64,000 bases of DNA from Macrostomum hystrix (Eukaryota > Animalia > Platyhelminthes): the NCBI GenBank assembly GCA_950097015.1, contig CATNEN010000041.1:2232001-2296000 (forward strand), given 5' to 3'. The notes beneath the pieces were generated by a model. That model did no database searches. It saw only the letters and a program-made list of their open reading frames with translations, and was not told the origin of the DNA. How positions within the stretch are numbered: the stretch's first letter is position 1; the number at the start of each line of letters is the position of its first letter. Positions 62,237 to 64,000 of the stretch are shown piece after piece. Both the position numbers and the translations under genes were made by a program.

Positions 62237-63560
62237 TTAGGCCTTACCTGTGCCAAAGCAAATCTCACCCGCATTATGCTTAACCTGTACAAGAATAGAA
62301 CTCACATGTACCAGACTGAGCCTTGCTAACGCTCGAACTGAATCCCCAAACCAATGTTTCAGGAAGGCCAACCCAGTCCGCCTCATAGCTATGTAGCTGT
62401 GTTAACACTCCAGCTCACTTAGTTTCTGCTTGCCAAGTTCATTGTTACCTTTACTATTCGTGTAAGTTGTTTGAATGTGCGGACATGATCCACTAACCCA
62501 AAAACATTGTGTCAAAAGAGTGTTACACAAAAAATAACATTTTCCTTTGCGTTCGTAAGATGCATCTAGGATGCATTGAATTTTTCTTACCGGTGGTGCA
62601 AATGTACTTAACAAAGAGTGCCGTGAGTTAAACCCCGATTCGAATCCGGGTCGCTTGTCACATCCCGCCGGTGGCATTGTGGAGCTTGCATGGAATACAA
62701 ACTGGCACTATTGAAATTGAAATTGTAATTTCAGGTTTCCCAATCTCCTGAGAGGCGAAACAACATTCCTCTCCATCAATAGGTTGTCCTTCTAGGAGGA
62801 GGCTGGCTCGACCGATCGGATGGGCGCGGCGGAGGTTTCTGTGCCAACCATTTTTTCTCTGTTTCAAATTTTCCTAGAAATGCGACTCATTGCCTCTAGT
62901 TACAGCTGAAATCTGCTTATGTAGGAGGGCTCAGCACTCAATGCCAGCCTTCGAAATGCGATTGTCTAAGGAGGGTTGCTTTGATGCTATTTTTAGAAAA
63001 CCTTACGGGAATCCCAAAAGGGAATCCCTCTCACGGGTCACGCAATTGACTGCACAGCAAATGAAATTTCGAAGACAGATTTATGTCGAATATAGCAGCA
63101 ATGCACAGGCAGGGACTTCTAAATTCAGTAAAATCCTATAGTAATTTAGTAGTCCTGGCACAGGCCTACAAGTGTAGGACAAGAGCGCTTTCAGCCAGTG
63201 AGTGACAGTCGCACAACCTGATTGAAGCCGTCATAAATGTGCATAATAAATAAAGATTCGCTGTGTTTTCTAATGAATGATCCAATTATCAGTGCTTTGC
63301 CGTGAAATTTCTGGCTGACTGTCCAGCACGCCGCCCTGCAGCCCAGAGCCTCCTGTGTGACTTCATGCTGCACTAAATCGAATGAGAACTTTGTTTTTTC
63401 CCAAGCTTTTTATTTTTACTCAAATTTCCTCCGTAGTTATTTGCAGTATAAATCAGTTTTTATCGATGTGTTCACTTCAGCTGTTTTACAATCATATGAG
63501 CAAATTTAACTCCAAATTTAGAGAATCAAAATCAATAAAGCAATCAATCAATTCGAAACT

Positions 63561-63708
63561 TGATAAGTTTTTAATTATCTAGCTAGCGATACATGTCCCA
63601 ACTACCGCTACTTGCAGTAGTACAGTTTGGTGCTTGATAAGTTTTTAATTATCTAGCTAGCGATACATGTCCCAACTACCGCTACTTGCAGTAGTACAGT
63701 TTGGTGCT
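63561..63708. repeat. Perfect 74-bp direct duplication
   Basis: 63561-63634 is identical to 63635-63708. Confidence 0.93.
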
Positions 63709-63728
63709 CAATGTAAACTGTCACGCAC

Positions 63729-63884
63729 CTTTCCAATTTCAAGCCGCATCGCCATCAGCCCCCGCTCGGTCGTGTCGGCCGACCTGGTCGGCAGCAACAG
63801 CGGCCTGGCCCACCTGCCCAGCAGGCCCAGCAGCGCAGCGCACAGGCTGTTCGCACCTGCCGTCAGGTCTGCTGGCTCCCGCAT
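63729..63884 (-). CDS. Possible short coding exon (MREPADLTAGANSLCAALLGLLGRWARPLLLPTRSADTTERGLMAMRLEIGK), product unknown
   Basis: GC-rich island with coding-like codons, ending at AAG|gtgcgt. No recognisable family. Confidence 0.25.
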
Positions 63885-64000
63885 ATGACAACAGAGTGCT
63901 TGTTAGATGTGCCTTCATCTCCGCTTGTGACCCTTGCTCCGATTGCACTCCATTGCACTCAGAGCTGTATTGAATGCATTGCTGAATTCTCTTGCTTTTT

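Noticed and set aside
61807-62292. Leucine-heptad-like ORF (QVRLSLV)n
   Set aside because: Translation of the 21-bp minisatellite.
63738-63990. Possible gag zinc knuckle (CRQVCWLPHMTTEC) on the + strand
   Set aside because: The spacing does not match CX2CX4HX4C, and there are no other retroelement features nearby.

Overview
Eukaryotic (metazoan) genomic DNA with short GT-AG introns, many intronic minisatellites and (ATT)n-tailed SINEs. The style suggests the flatworm Macrostomum; this is an inference. Gene order: SLC38A9 (minus strand, runs off the left edge), RPL27A (+), two tandem ~4,000-aa polycystin-1-like (PKD1L/REJ) genes (+; 10912-30576 and 33711-53257), an orphan divergent polycystin C-terminal tail (54603-55104), FEZ/UNC-76 (-) and PPP1R42/LRRC67 (+). 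Main observations: (1) SLC38A9 has a pair of equal-length (107 nt), same-phase homologous exons encoding TM6, i.e. candidate mutually exclusive exons, followed by a G-quadruplex-motif minisatellite. (2) The RPL27A intron/exon-2 junction is amplified into 8 tandem splice acceptors, and only the last yields a full protein. (3) The polycystin ectodomain is an unusual lectin/adhesion mosaic: three discoidin-like, C-type lectin, PAN-like, fibrinogen-like, EGF-like, three CARDB-like, PKD and REJ domains, with a degenerate GPS. (4) The two paralogs have diverged ectodomains but ~99% identical REJ and channel blocks, which suggests gene conversion. The five frameshifts seen in the polycystin genes all read as single-base insertions and may be long-read assembly errors. 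All alignments and domain calls were made by eye, without tools.
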